A stretch of 62,974 nucleotides of DNA, the filler included. It is 10 parts of 10 records of this genome, joined end to end, with 100 filler letters (N's around TTAATTAATTAA, not from the genome) between each part and the next. Parts side by side here need not be neighbours in the genome. Positions count along the whole stretch, not along the records: positions 1 to 5,522 come from SRR15195285_1002; positions 5,623 to 15,706 come from SRR15195285_1004; 8 more parts are not named here. One strand, 5' to 3'. Positions within the stretch are counted from its first letter, which is position 1; every line of letters starts with the position of its first letter. Position numbers and translations under genes: made by a program. Positions 1-11,568 of this stretch are shown here, piece after piece. Below the pieces are notes generated by a model, which did not search any database, was not told where the DNA came from, and worked only from the letters and a program-made list of their open reading frames with translations.

Positions 1-2
1 AG

Positions 3-782
3 GAGGCAGCAGCAGCTGTTGCCCTGAAGCGGAAGGAGGAAGAAGAAGCCGTAGAGCTTGACTCTGAGGACTCTGAGGACGACTTCGAAGACGCTCCCAC
101 ACAAGCGTGGACGCAGACGCACATCCAGGATGCGCAGGCTCGCGCTCGGGCTCTCGCGCAAGCTCAGGCGGAGGCGCAGTCTGCTGCTCAGGCGCAGGTT
201 GAGGCTCGTGCTCAGGTGAATGCGCACGCTTGCACGCAGGCTTACTCCGTCGACGACGACTACGATCATTGCCAACCGAGTCGACAACTCGGCGTTGGCA
301 GCAACTCGGCGCAGAACCGAGAGCCGGATCCAGCACCGAAGTGGCTGAAGCAGCTGCTCCTTCCCCAGCCAAGCCTGCATCTGCCGGATCTCACGGCCGC
401 AGACTTGCTGCACCTTGGCAGCTCGATCCAGGGCATCGACCAAGCTACTGATGAAGCTGATATTTTGAGCGACCTGGCTACCTTGCAGGCGCGCCTTAAA
501 GGCATTAATCCGGCGTGCTGGGATCTCGCGTGCTACAGCACGCGTGCCATTGACACCATCCGAGGTGTCAGTGGCCACTGCTCGTGGCCACGTGCTACGA
601 ACCCAAACGTCACTTTGTTCTCACAGAGCTCCAGCAAGTGCATGCCGTCCCGGACTGATGGGCTGGACGCCTACATTCGGGTCGACAACACTGTCGCACC
701 AACGGGCCATTGGTTCGTCTCTCGCCTGAGGAGGACCCTGGATTCTGGCCAGCTGCGGGGCAGCTCGATTCGCACCATATAG
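3..782 (+). CDS. Unknown protein, 5'-partial (acidic and Ala/Gln-rich N-terminal part)
   Basis: The frame is open from the window start to TAG at 780-782 (about 260 codons: KRKEEEEAVELDSEDSEDDFEDAP...AQAQAEAQ...). No family recognised. Confidence 0.4.
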   Translation, partial: EAAAAVALKRKEEEEAVELDSEDSEDDFEDAPTQAWTQTHIQDAQARARALAQAQAEAQSAAQAQVEARAQVNAHACTQAYSVDDDYDHCQPSRQLGVGSNSAQNREPDPAPKWLKQLLLPQPSLHLPDLTAADLLHLGSSIQGIDQATDEADILSDLATLQARLKGINPACWDLACYSTRAIDTIRGVSGHCSWPRATNPNVTLFSQSSSKCMPSRTDGLDAYIRVDNTVAPTGHWFVSRLRRTLDSGQLRGSSIRTI

Positions 783-2332
783 CATACGGACCGAAGCCAT
801 CGAGGAAAGGGGCTGCCGTGCAAATATCCGGACATTTGATGACGGAGGTTTCCGCGGTCTTTGCAGTCGGAAATACATCACTCTGGCAGGGGGCTCGAGT
901 ATACAATACCGAGGCCGATATTGAGCTTGCATACCTGGTAGCGCCACTTGCGAGCAATCAGGACGTGATCTCTCGCTTCAGCACGGGTCTGGTCACCGGT
1001 TCCATGCTGCACGCCGATGACGCTGCCTGGGCGGAAACCACCCACCCGCCGCGAATCTCATACGATTCAGTGCAGAGTAAGATCGGATGCAATTACCACC
1101 CGATCTCTGGATGGGCTGCGCTGCAAAGTTTTGATGGCTCATCCTCCGTGGCAGTCATCACTGATCGGGCACGGTTAGTATCGAAAGTTCCATTGTTCCA
1201 AATCACTAATTGTCGATTGCCCAAGACAATCGGCGCGCAGAACTGATAGATACATAGGCACAGCGGTATCGTATTAAGCGTTGAAGTAGAATTGTGTGTG
1301 AGCCAGGGGAGCCGCTTCTCTTGGCGATGGCAGCGTGGAGTACATCCTTCATCGTCATGCTACAGGAGGAAACGGCCGCGGACCGTGAGCTAACACATTC
1401 TCTTCTTGAAATTTCGTTGAATTGCAGCGTCATTTATTGAGGAAAGATCTTCGTATGGTGCAGGTCTGATGGAGACACAAACGCGGCACGCGGTTCCGTC
1501 CGTGTGCTGACGGCTGCCACCTATGTGGAGCAGCAGCTGCAGGTGGATCGAGCGCAGGCGGCACTCCAGCACGCGCATCCACTTGCACTCCTATATAGGC
1601 ACGACGGCGCTAGCAATATCGGCAGGAACGATGGCGACGTCCTGGTATCCAGTGGGTTTGCTACACCTGGGATTCGGAGTAGTAGTGGCAGCGCATGGGC
1701 GCCAATGACCAAGCCACTACCACACGGTATACATCTCTTTGGCCTCGGTACGTCACTGGTATACGGTGCCCCCACCTCCATCGACAAACGGGACACCGCG
1801 TCAACATTAGAATTATTGACGCTGCCCTGAACGCGTGTAGGACGACGTGCGTTTCTTGCTGGCGGCGGTCATGTACCAGACTATGTCAACAAATCTCAAA
1901 AGCAGGGTGTTCTGAGGCTCCAAAATTTAGCGCAGCCAGATGCCAGAAGGCCCGCCATCACCGTTGACGTTGCAACACTCTTCAGGTTAGTACATCATTC
2001 GAGCACTGTGAAAAAACTGCTTATCTAGCCACTGCATTCAGCCAGTAGGCGCTGATTTGGGTACGAGTCATAAAGCGCAGGCTGTGGACTGTCCGTTCTC
2101 AATTGGTGTTCGCTTTGCTGTGCGCAGAGGACTACCACTTGAAGAAGGGAAGCTCGAGGAGCGGACTCTCTCACTCAGCCGTCGTCCGGACGAAGTCCAC
2201 CGTAGGTCGTGGGCAGGCGCAGGCATGCTTGGTGAGATGCGCACCCCGAGCGGCTGGCGTTCTAGCGCGTCCAACAGCTCACAAGTCGAGCTTAGCAGTT
2301 TACAGATAAGGAGCTTCGTTTTCAACATCTAG
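783..2332 (+). CDS. GH38 alpha-mannosidase C-terminal (supersandwich) region, multi-exon; catalytic N-terminal domain not seen
   Basis: Spliced motifs follow the lysosomal GH38 C-terminal order: IGCNYHPI, VAVITDRAR|GAASLGDGSVEYILHRH (GT-AG intron 1174-1306), VLRLQNL...TVDVATLF, ERTLSL...RRSW, and the final ELSSLQIRSF. Confidence 0.75.
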
Positions 2333-2518
2333 TAAATCGAAGGTTCGCGGTCGTTCTTGGAATGGAGGCGAGATTACTACTAGCGCCTACATGATTGTAC
2401 GGATCCCAACGTCGTGCAACCGCAGTAGTGCACGAAATGGAATCATGGTTAACCGCCAGTACGTGAACGTCAAGCATAATAACATTTTGTTTCACACTAC
2501 ATATTCTCTTCTCGGCTA

Positions 2519-5395
2519 CTACTGCTCGCCAGTCCCGTCCTCCTCCTCTCCCTCGCCAGCCCCAAAACCAAGCACTCCCTCAGCCATCTCCTGCGGGGTG
2601 ATGTCGGTGCTACCGAGGGCACCAAGATCCATCCCTGGGCCTAAAAGCTCTTCGAAGCAAGAGGCAAGCTCCCCACCGACCAGTGGCTCTCCGCGCTCAC
2701 TCAGAAGCTTGAGCAGCTCATCGTGCGCGAGCAGCTTGCTCCCGCCTGGGGCACCCAGCCCAAGGAACGCATCCTCGATGTCGTCTGGGCCGACCCCTAC
2801 AACCGGCCGATGATTCACGAACGCCTTGAGTAGTGAGTCAAAGGTCAGTTCTGTCGTCAGCTCGCCCGTCTCACTGTAGGTTTCGTGCTTGAGCTCTTCC
2901 TGGATATCTGCCACCTCGCCCTCCGATGGGTAGTACCCAGCAGCTCGTAGCAAGCTTGCTATGTGATCGAACGGTACCTTGCCAGTAATCTCACGCTCTG
3001 CCACGCTGCTTACACCCTGCGCCTTTAGCTGCGCCAGGTAGAAATAGTCTACCATCTCTTCGTGAAGCGTACCACCTTTGCCTCCAGCAAGCATCTCGTA
3101 GAACGGCTCCATGCCGTCACCGCCAAGTGTCGTCCTAGAATCCGCGTTGGCGAGATCTACTGCCCATACCATCAGCGTGCCATCCTCACCACCTGCCGTC
3201 ACCACACATGCCGCCCCGTCCGGTTGCACAGCCGCTGTGCATGCTGTAATCTCACCAGGGTGAGCGACCATCCCGATACAGCGGGACGGGTTGCCATCTA
3301 GGGGCGTTTTAATGAGACCCATTACCTTCGACGGCGTTGAATACAGCATGTAGTCGCTGTTAGGGAAGGCACTTAGTGTGCTGACCGGGTCGCCGTAGGT
3401 CGGCCCGAGCACTGTCTTGCGGCAGCTGCTCGGGTCAGTCGTTCCGTCGGGCACCCGCTGCACCTTCATCTTGTACTGGTCGTCGCACAAGACTAGCACG
3501 TCCTCCTTCAAGTACGCTCCACCATACCCTGGGAGTAAACCTGCTGCTGATGGGATGGGTGAGCGCAGAATTCGCTCGCGCTTCTTCAGCTGCACACCGC
3601 CCTCCACGCTGCTTCCATCAATATCGTACTCGACTAGGAATCCATCTTGGCCGACGGACCAGAGCCTTGGGGTGTCTCCAGCAATGGCTGGTGGACCCCA
3701 CACAAGACCGCTCACAGGTTTGTAGTGAGCTCTGTACGAACCAACAAACACCCAGCACTTCTTTTCCGGCTCATTTTGGACCTCGTCGAGAGCCACGCCC
3801 ACTAGTGCTTCTGGGTCAACCATGTACTTAAAGATGGTCGTTGCGCGGGTGGAATCCACGGTTGCAAAGCTCAGCCCGTCCGGTGCCACCGCGATCCGCT
3901 CGACGGGTCCGTCCAGCGGGGACAGGGTCTGCACGTCTTCCAGGTTGCTCGAGTCTATAATGTGCACTGTCCCCGCACCGGCACTGCCACACATGACAAG
4001 GCTCCCATCAGGAGTGTATGCCATTGCAGAAAGTGGTTCGAGCTCGCGAGAGCCCGTGACGCCACCGGCCAAGTCTGCCACGTGCAGTCGCCCGACAACT
4101 TCTTTATCTACGACCGAAGACGTCGATGCCAGTGCAACCGGAATGGCTGGATGCGTCGTTACTGATTCAATCTTGCCCTCGAAGCCCTGCACCACTACTG
4201 TTCCGCGGCGGTCCTCCATCTCCAGCTGCTGCAGCAGCTCGGTACCGGCAGTCACGATCTGCGCACTCGAGGTCCCGAAAACAAAGTCCTCGCAGTCGAA
4301 ATTCTCTGCCGTGAGCAGTGCCGGAACATTCTTTCCAGTGCGGGCAAAGTCGATGGACGTGACGGGGCCGTTGTTGAAGTAGTCAAACCACGCCACCATG
4401 CGCAGCTTGAAGTCGTAGAAGCGGACGAATCCGTCCGACCCGCCTGTGACGATGCTGTTCTCGTGCATGTCCAGGAAGTTGATGCCGCCGTTGGTGTGCA
4501 GCTTGATGATCTTGACCGCTTGTTTCCGCATCTCGCCCGTTTCGTCGGGCGGTGCGAGCAGCATCGATTCAGCCCAGACAACAACGTCGCCGTCCACTGT
4601 CGCCGAGATGACCTCGCTGGAGTCGGGGATGAACAACGACTGCGTGTACTCTCCGATGCCCTGCCGGAAATCCGCCGGGTCGATCTGCGGCGAGTATACA
4701 TCGAACTCTCCGTCCTCAAGCATCGTAGCGAAGAAGACGGAGGACCTGCCGTTCGTCAGCAGCTGGCTGGCGTCCTGCCGGTGGAAGCGCACGCAGGTTT
4801 GCGGATCGTCCGACGGGATCTCCACGCTGGCGATCGGTGCGGACGTGTCCTCAGTCCAGGCCCACAGCGACAGCATCTGCACGCCACTCTCGTCTATGCC
4901 GACCGTGGCCAGGATCGAGGCGTCCTCGCACATGTGCATCGCAGTGGCGCCCGCCGCGTGCGGCTTGAAGAGCGTCTTGACCGGCGTGCCCGTGGTCGTG
5001 TCCCACACCACCACCATGCACTCCTCCGAGCCCGTGTCCGCGGTCGCGACCCACCTCCGGTCGCTGCTCGCCGTCACGGACGTAATCTGATTCGAGTGCC
5101 CCTGCAGCACCTTCTGCTCCCCAGTGTCCAGATCATGCAGGATCGCCGTGTGCGCGGAGACTGCGGAGGACACGCACACAGAGGGCACGCTCCGGTCATA
5201 CGTACAAGCCGCGCAGATTCTCTGGTAAACCCCGACGGGTGGACAGGAGCGAGAGGGAGAGCGCACGAGCGAGTGAATGCAAGAAAAAGAGCGGCAGTGG
5301 CGAGAGGGCGGTGGACAGCAGCGCCACCATGGCAACTACAGCGCTGCTGCATTCGCATACAGCGTTTTGTGCGCCGTAGACGATGGCGGTCCTCC
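2519..5395 (-). CDS. CFAP251: Cilia- and flagella-associated protein 251 (WDR66): WD40 repeats plus C-terminal EF-hand-like region; 5'-partial
   Basis: Motifs SAHTAILHD..GEQKVLQGHSNQI, DRRWVATAD.G...VVVWD..TG.PVKT, CRKTVLGPTYG, PLDGNP, DYFYLAQL..QG and RAAGYYPSE. Main exon is 2519-5160, with a probable upstream micro-exon at 5375-5395 (RTAIVY). Confidence 0.9.
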
Positions 5396-5439
5396 CTCTC
5401 AGAGAGAGGAGAACAGGCAGAGCCACAGTGTGGACAGCC

Positions 5440-5522
5440 ACACAAACACACAGAGAAAGAGACAGAGAGAGACGGACAGAGACAGAGCGTGGCACACACA
5501 CACACACACGCGCGCGCGCGCA
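5440..5522. repeat. Compound microsatellite (CA/GA)n-(CA)n-(CG)n at contig end
   Basis: Directly visible and abuts the gap. Confidence 0.9.
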
Positions 5523-5622
5523 NNNNNNNNNNNNNNNNNNNNNNNNNNNNNNNNNNNNNNNNNNNNTTAATTAATTAANNNNNNNNNNNNNNNNNNNNNN
5601 NNNNNNNNNNNNNNNNNNNNNN
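5523..5622. other. Artificial contig linker (N44-TTAATTAATTAA-N44)
   Basis: Identical 100-bp spacer with six-frame stops recurs nine times. Confidence 0.99.
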
Positions 5623-6376
5623 ATGGTAGTACTTTATGAATACATAAATTACCCTTTTCCATGCAGTCGGCGTATTACCACCGTGGGCGCAAGTCTTACG
5701 CGTCGCCAGGGTGTCTCGATTCCACTTAAGGATATACGGAACAATGCGCAGCCAGGTGACATTCTTATGGGTATCATTGGTGCGTACTCAGATAGGATGT
5801 AAATTTGTATGGTGGGGGGGTGCAGAACCGATCTCACGAACCTGAGCTCCGTTTGGAGATCTGAGAACTGGGATTTCCATGGGCGCGTATCATTCATTGA
5901 TGCATTTCTGCCATCTTGGCGCAGGCCTGGAAAATGCATTTTAAAATATCGCGCGCGCGGCTATGCGTACAGTATCGGCAAAGCACCGACGAACGGGGAG
6001 CGGTTTCCAACTGGCGATGACCGATTGAGCAGTGGACCTAAACACAGTGCCTACATTACAATGGACACGACGTATCGTCGCCACGCAGCTAGCTGACGGA
6101 AGTGTCGACATCACCGCTGCCGACCCGAGCAACAACTCGAATAACAAGGGCTTGAGCTGCGCCTTGTGCTGTCCACGCGCGCGGGCTGGTAGGATAGGAG
6201 TGCAAGCCACATGTGGACGGCTCAAACATTTACCGACGCGTTGGGATGTGGGTCGGGGCGCGTCCATGTTCGCGTTCCGCGCAATCGCGCGAGCCGTGCC
6301 GTCGCCACCCAAGGTAGAGAATGGCGACAACAGCGCGACCCGTTGAGTTATGTTGAGTTCTGTCCGTGTCTCTCGG

Positions 6377-8446
6377 CTAGCCAGAAAAATGCTCAATGTA
6401 AACTTTTGATGGTTCGTGCGCTGTATGGCCTTCCAGCATCGGAATTGTTGCAGTGTAGGTGTTGCAGTCCATCTCGACCGTGCCCGCTTTACTCCACTTG
6501 CGCTGGAAGATCCCAGAGCCGACGCTGGTCTCGTGGCAATACTCATCTACAGGTACGCCGTAGTCCTCGTCCACCTGTTTGGGTCGGATGTTCGCCACCC
6601 ACAACTCTTCGTTCTCGGGCGTGAAACATCCCATCCAGTTGTGCCCTAGCCAACCATATTTGCCTCTAACCAGCAGGAACTGCGTTTGCACACGCAAGTG
6701 CGTAAGACTAGGTGAAACTGCTCGTAGGTCAGAGGGCGTGCGCGCTGCTGCGCACCTGTGCGAGATCTTGAACAATGGTTGGCAACGGGAACGGCTCATG
6801 AAACGTGTTGCGCGTGAACTCAAACAGTAGTGCTCCTTCGTGGAAACTACTGTTGATGGCGCAGTGGCGGCGCAGGTCCTGTGCACAAGTCGAGTTTGGT
6901 GCATGGGGCGTCCAGCGCGATGGTGTGATTGAGCGTGCGCCAGTGCCGACGAATTCTGAGGCAGACCCCCAAAGGAAGCCCTTCTGCTTCATCACGCCGG
7001 TCTGTGCTGCAGCAATAGTTGCCGACCAGTTGCTGGTAATATCTACCACGTCGCTCGTGGTGAGACCGATATCCTCGGCGCAATACGGATTTTCCTCGGT
7101 TGCACCTCCAACAGGACTCGAGCTGCACGAACTCCATGGTGTGGTGGGTGCTATCTTAGGCGCAGCATGCCAGCTGTCATCCAAATAGCTGCGACGCACA
7201 CAAACGATGTATACGCACCAGTGAGCAACTCAACAGCAAAGTAGCAAACCAGTGGGACGCGCTGGCAGCGGCGACAGCGGTGGCCAAACCCACAAGCCAT
7301 CGATGGCGGGGTTCCCAAGGCCATTCGGGCCGAGCACAAACTCGTTCACCAAGAAGTCGCGCAACATGCTTCCATTGCGGTGACTGCAAGCAGCATCAGA
7401 GAGGAGTACGAAAGCTGTAAGGCGACGTCAGCGACGAGCAATATAGAATTTCGGTATTGTGCGACGAATTGCAGGCCGGGCTGCAGAGGGATGTGGAACG
7501 GCTGCGCGTACTCCCATAGGTACTCCCCGCAGGGTAAATCAGTCCCGCAGTCGCAGGTCCCACTCGCACAGTTGTGAGGTCCAGTGATCTGAGCTCCAAT
7601 GGCAGGCGGTGGTTGCTCACCCTGCTTGGGTTTGAATCCAGAGACGTGGTCAGCCTGCTCAATTGGGAGGTGCGCAGCACACCCTTGGCCCTGTGTTGTC
7701 CAGCTGGTGGCAAAGAAGCAACCTCCGCTGGTCCCCTGCGGCCACCAGCCCCAGACAGGCTTGCGAGCTCGATCTGCTGCGGCCATGCAAGCCTGCCACG
7801 TTGGCTGGGTGCCTCCGTTGACGACACCATCCTTGCCGGGCGTCAGGCCGCACACGTCATTGGTTGAATTGTACACGAACCAGTCCCCGTGCTGAGTTCG
7901 CGCCGTGCTCGGTTCGCTGTGTCGTGGTGGCTCGGGGGTTTGCTCCTGGTCGTGGTAAAGCATGGAGCATTTTTCGCCGGATGCATCGGTGGTGCACAGT
8001 GGCGAGTGCCAACTGCCGTTGGCCATCGAGCCACCAGCCTTGAACTTGAGGAACCAGCCCGAGTACTGCGGGTCTGTGATCTTCTCGCGCACCGAGGAGT
8101 ACCACGGGAGTGCCTTGACGAGGTTGCGGTACACGAACACCTTGGTATCCGTGGCCATGGCCTTGGTCATCTTCGCCTGCGTGACCAGGCGTTCCTCACA
8201 GTCCATCGGCTGCGCCGTGCTCCAGGCGGCCTTGCCGTTGCTCCAGTCGAAGTCAACCAGCCCGAAGCCCTTGTAGACTGCTGGGTCTGTGAAGCCGCTG
8301 ACGTTGCATGGCATGAAAACGGTGCTGCGCGCCATTTCGTACGTGGGCTCCCAGTCAGGGACGCAAGGCGTTGGGGCGCCCCGGCCGCACGTCCTGGAGA
8401 TCGGCGCGCCCGCTGCAGCCGCGGCGATCAGCAGCAGCGACGGCAT
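6377..8446 (-). CDS. Secreted putative glycoside hydrolase, GH168/GHL15-like, multi-exon
   Basis: Signal peptide MPSLLLIAAAAAG. Motifs WEPTYEMARST..MPCN, VDFDWSN, KVFVYRN, GEYLW|DHRN, IDGF|YLDD, LAQ|FLLVRG, DYGVP..CHET..GIFQRKW..VEMDCN. Three GT-AG introns restore the frame. Family assignment is inference. Confidence 0.65.
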
Positions 8447-9401
8447 CCCTACTGGCTTGTGGCTATGTGCACTTATTCGCGCGCTCTTCTCCGCCCGGCG
8501 CGCCGATCCGGATCCGGGCGCGCCGCGCGCGATCTCGAGATGTGCCCCGATCTCGCACGCGCGCGCGCGCGCCGCATTGACCTCGTGCCTCGTGCCTGCA
8601 CGCGCCTGCGTATACGTATATGCGTAGGTTGTAGACCGCTTAGCACTTTCAATATACTCCGGCGCCTGTAGGACCTGCCTCACCCTGAACGGATATACTG
8701 TACGACATCAACAGCAATTCCTAGAGTTCCAAAATTGGTCCCGTGGCGCCAGACACTCTCGCGCGGAGAGTGCAGCCTGGCGCTGAGTGTCCAGCGCAAT
8801 TAAGGCTTCATTTGTCGAAAATTTACACGAACACATCCATGCTACCCCGCTTGCTCTGCTGTAGTCCTGGGTAGGTGCCGACGTAGGTGCCGGAGTCTCC
8901 GGTGACGGTTTCTCGTAATGTGTGGCGGTTTCCGTTACATGTATTAACCAGCGGAAACCGCCAAAAACGGAACGATCAGTATAATGGTAGCATGCAATAA
9001 CGTATATCCGGTACTATACTTGATTCTCTCAATTTGTGAATTAGGCATCGTATTCTATCTATCGTGAAATTACTATACTGCAGATTCTACTAGTAAGATG
9101 CGCTTTGTGGAGGCGGGGTGGGTCGGTGATCTTCATTTAAGAATTCCACTCGGGAGTTTTAAACGAAACTAGGAAGGCTGATTTGATTGAGAAGTAGAAT
9201 AGGTGACCCAAACACATCACGGAACACGTGGACGTACACAGAAGAGCTCTAAGCCTCGTGCTAGCGCATTCTGAGTCTGAGTCGGATGTACCCACGGGGA
9301 CCGCTACGGCTCTCTAAAGGTTCTATGGTAGGCGCCAGCAGCAGTTAGTGGACGCTAGAGCATGCGTGCGCCATGCCAGATCGAACACACAGCAACGTTA
9401 T

Positions 9402-9435
9402 TGACAACGGGCATAAGGCCTTATGCCTGGTGTCA
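9402..9435. repeat. Palindromic element copy 1 (TGACAACGGGCATAAGG-CCTTATGCCTGGTGTCA)
   Basis: 17-bp arms with 2 mismatches and no loop. Same core as the copies at 30800 and 38457. Confidence 0.9.
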
Positions 9436-9623
9436 GTATGGAAGGGAAGGGAACGTCGCGGGCCGGGCGCATCGCGCCTACGTGCACTCATGAGTGTGGA
9501 CACAATGGGAGGGCCTATGATGTCATCGAGGAAGGTGAAAAGCTTCGGTATTCTAACACCAAACGTTTCTCACCAGTTCGTCTGTCCGTATCACCGCAAT
9601 GTGGGCCAATGTCCGCTTATCCA

Positions 9624-11292
9624 TCACTCAGTTGGATGCACTGCTTGATTCGCACGGTGTCTAAGCTGCTGCTGATGCTGCTCTTGCACGACGCCTGTTG
9701 ATACTGTAGCCAACGCTGAATCGATACTCTCGCCGGCACTAGTTCGACGCCGATTACGCTTCATCTGTAGCTGACGTTCTCGTTTGAGGCATGCCATCCA
9801 GCATACTGCGGCGATCGTCGCGCAGAACAAACTGTGGATGCCCGCTCCACCAAAGAAGAGGCCAACTACCGGCCGTGCCACGACCAAAAACTTGAAATCG
9901 GTCAAGCCTGTTCCATGCGTGGGAATATACGTTGTGATAATATATTGACGTGCTTGTACTGCACTGCTAACAAACAAACGCTGTTGTGAGTTCCACTGTG
10001 CTGCATGCCGTGCGCACCTTGTTGCACGAAAAGCAAGCTTGCCCAGCACGAAAAGTAGAATAGGTGACTCAAACACAGCGCCGCAAACAGCCATGGCTGA
10101 GGTTGAGCCCCGCCGAGGCTCTGTGCTGCGGCGACAGAAAGGAGTCCCTGCACACCGTCGGAATGAATCATGCGTTTCAGCCACTCAGTTTCGGAACTGC
10201 ATCTGCACGGACTTGACGACATACCCAGAGCGCGATTGCAGCAACCCCTTCGTGCGAAAGCACCTCTGGATAGTACGACTTCAGAATGCCACCACCTTCC
10301 CAGGCTGTCAATACCCATCCAGGCAGCAGCACACTGTGTACACAGACTACATTTAGTGAAACAATGCTTTCGTTTTGGCTCACAGAACATATCAGCATGG
10401 TAGCTGGGACTGGTTTGATCATACCTGCTGGGAAAGGCTCCGAGGTAGACGAGCGTACGCAGCGCCGTCTCTTTCGAGGTCGGGGTCGTTCGACGCTTCC
10501 GCGGCGGGGGCGGTGCCGCAAAGCCTAGCTCTGCCGCTTGGAAAAATATGCACGCGAAGCCAAAGTCTGCGGCGCCGTACGTCGCAAAGAAAAGCGCAAC
10601 AATTGGATCTTTGCCCCAAATCTGCTCAAGGTCCGCGTCCCACGGCGGTACTGCGACGGGTTTCTGCTTGTAGAGAAGCCACCACACCCATGTGGCCGTG
10701 CAGAACACCTTGTGCAGCACGAGAACCACAAATATCCAGGGTTGTGGATGCCGGTTCCAGTTGAGAGAGTGTGCTGCAGCGAGGTACGCCACACCCCACA
10801 GCTGCAAATTGAGCACGCCTTCCGTCGACAGGTGCTCGGGGTAGTTCTGCGTTAGCAGCTCGCTCGACCAGCACCTGCTGGCAACCGCCAGACCGAGTAT
10901 GTTCGAAGCAGCGCTGAGTACCTGCTCCGGTGAAGGCAGCGTAACCTAGAGCAGCGAAAAAAACAGTGCAGAATTCCGAGTCAAACTTGTGATCAGGGTT
11001 CTCTAGGTGTGTTGCTGCAGTGTGCCGATAAGGCACGTCTCAGTGTTCCTACTCCATTGACGGGGCTTCCAATACTAATGACTGCGGAGGCAGCCGCAGA
11101 CAGGACAGGCTGGTGGCAGACTGATGTGCATGTCAGTGTAGCGAGGTACCACTGCGCTCTGTAGGCTGTCCACAGTGCCATCCGGGCGGCTCATCTTGCA
11201 CTGAGTGGTCGACTAGAGGAGTTGTGTCCACTCTGCCCAGCTCAGCCAAGTGTGTGTGTAGTGTGTGCACGCGATAGCAACCCCAGCGCCAT
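9624..11292 (-). CDS. Multi-pass membrane protein of unknown function, multi-exon (ends uncertain; core about 10520-10860)
   Basis: Hydrophobic helices YPEHLSTEGVLNLQLWGVAYLAAA, PWIFVVLVLHKVFCTATWVWWLL and DPIVALFFATYGAADFGFACIFF. Further hydrophobic segments lie in ORF 9624..10184. Confidence 0.6.
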
Positions 11293-11568
11293 ACCCCCAC
11301 TGTCGGTCAGTACCGACGCGCGTCGTTGCAGCTTGCAGTGCACTGGTCGCGCGCCGTTTGGTTGCTGCTGAGCGCCGGCGCCGCCGGGACGGATAATACG
11401 CGCGCATAAATTCGAATATGTAATAATCATATATATATACGCGTACATGCAACGGTGGCGCGCGCGCCGCGGCGCCGGGCCGCGCGCGCGCGTGATCGCG
11501 TCGGTACCAGTAGCGCGTCGTCGTCGCGGTGCCGATACAAGGCGTGTTTGTGGTGCCATTAAAGCATT

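Noticed and set aside
3062-5578. Long + strand ORFs opposite CFAP251, and similar antisense ORFs throughout the window
   Set aside because: Shadow ORFs produced by GC-rich codon usage, with no recognisable motifs.
5623-6370. Short ORFs near contig starts (also 15807-16300, 30830-31400 and 38490-38900)
   Set aside because: Too short or interrupted, with no family signature. They could be decayed genes, but this cannot be supported.
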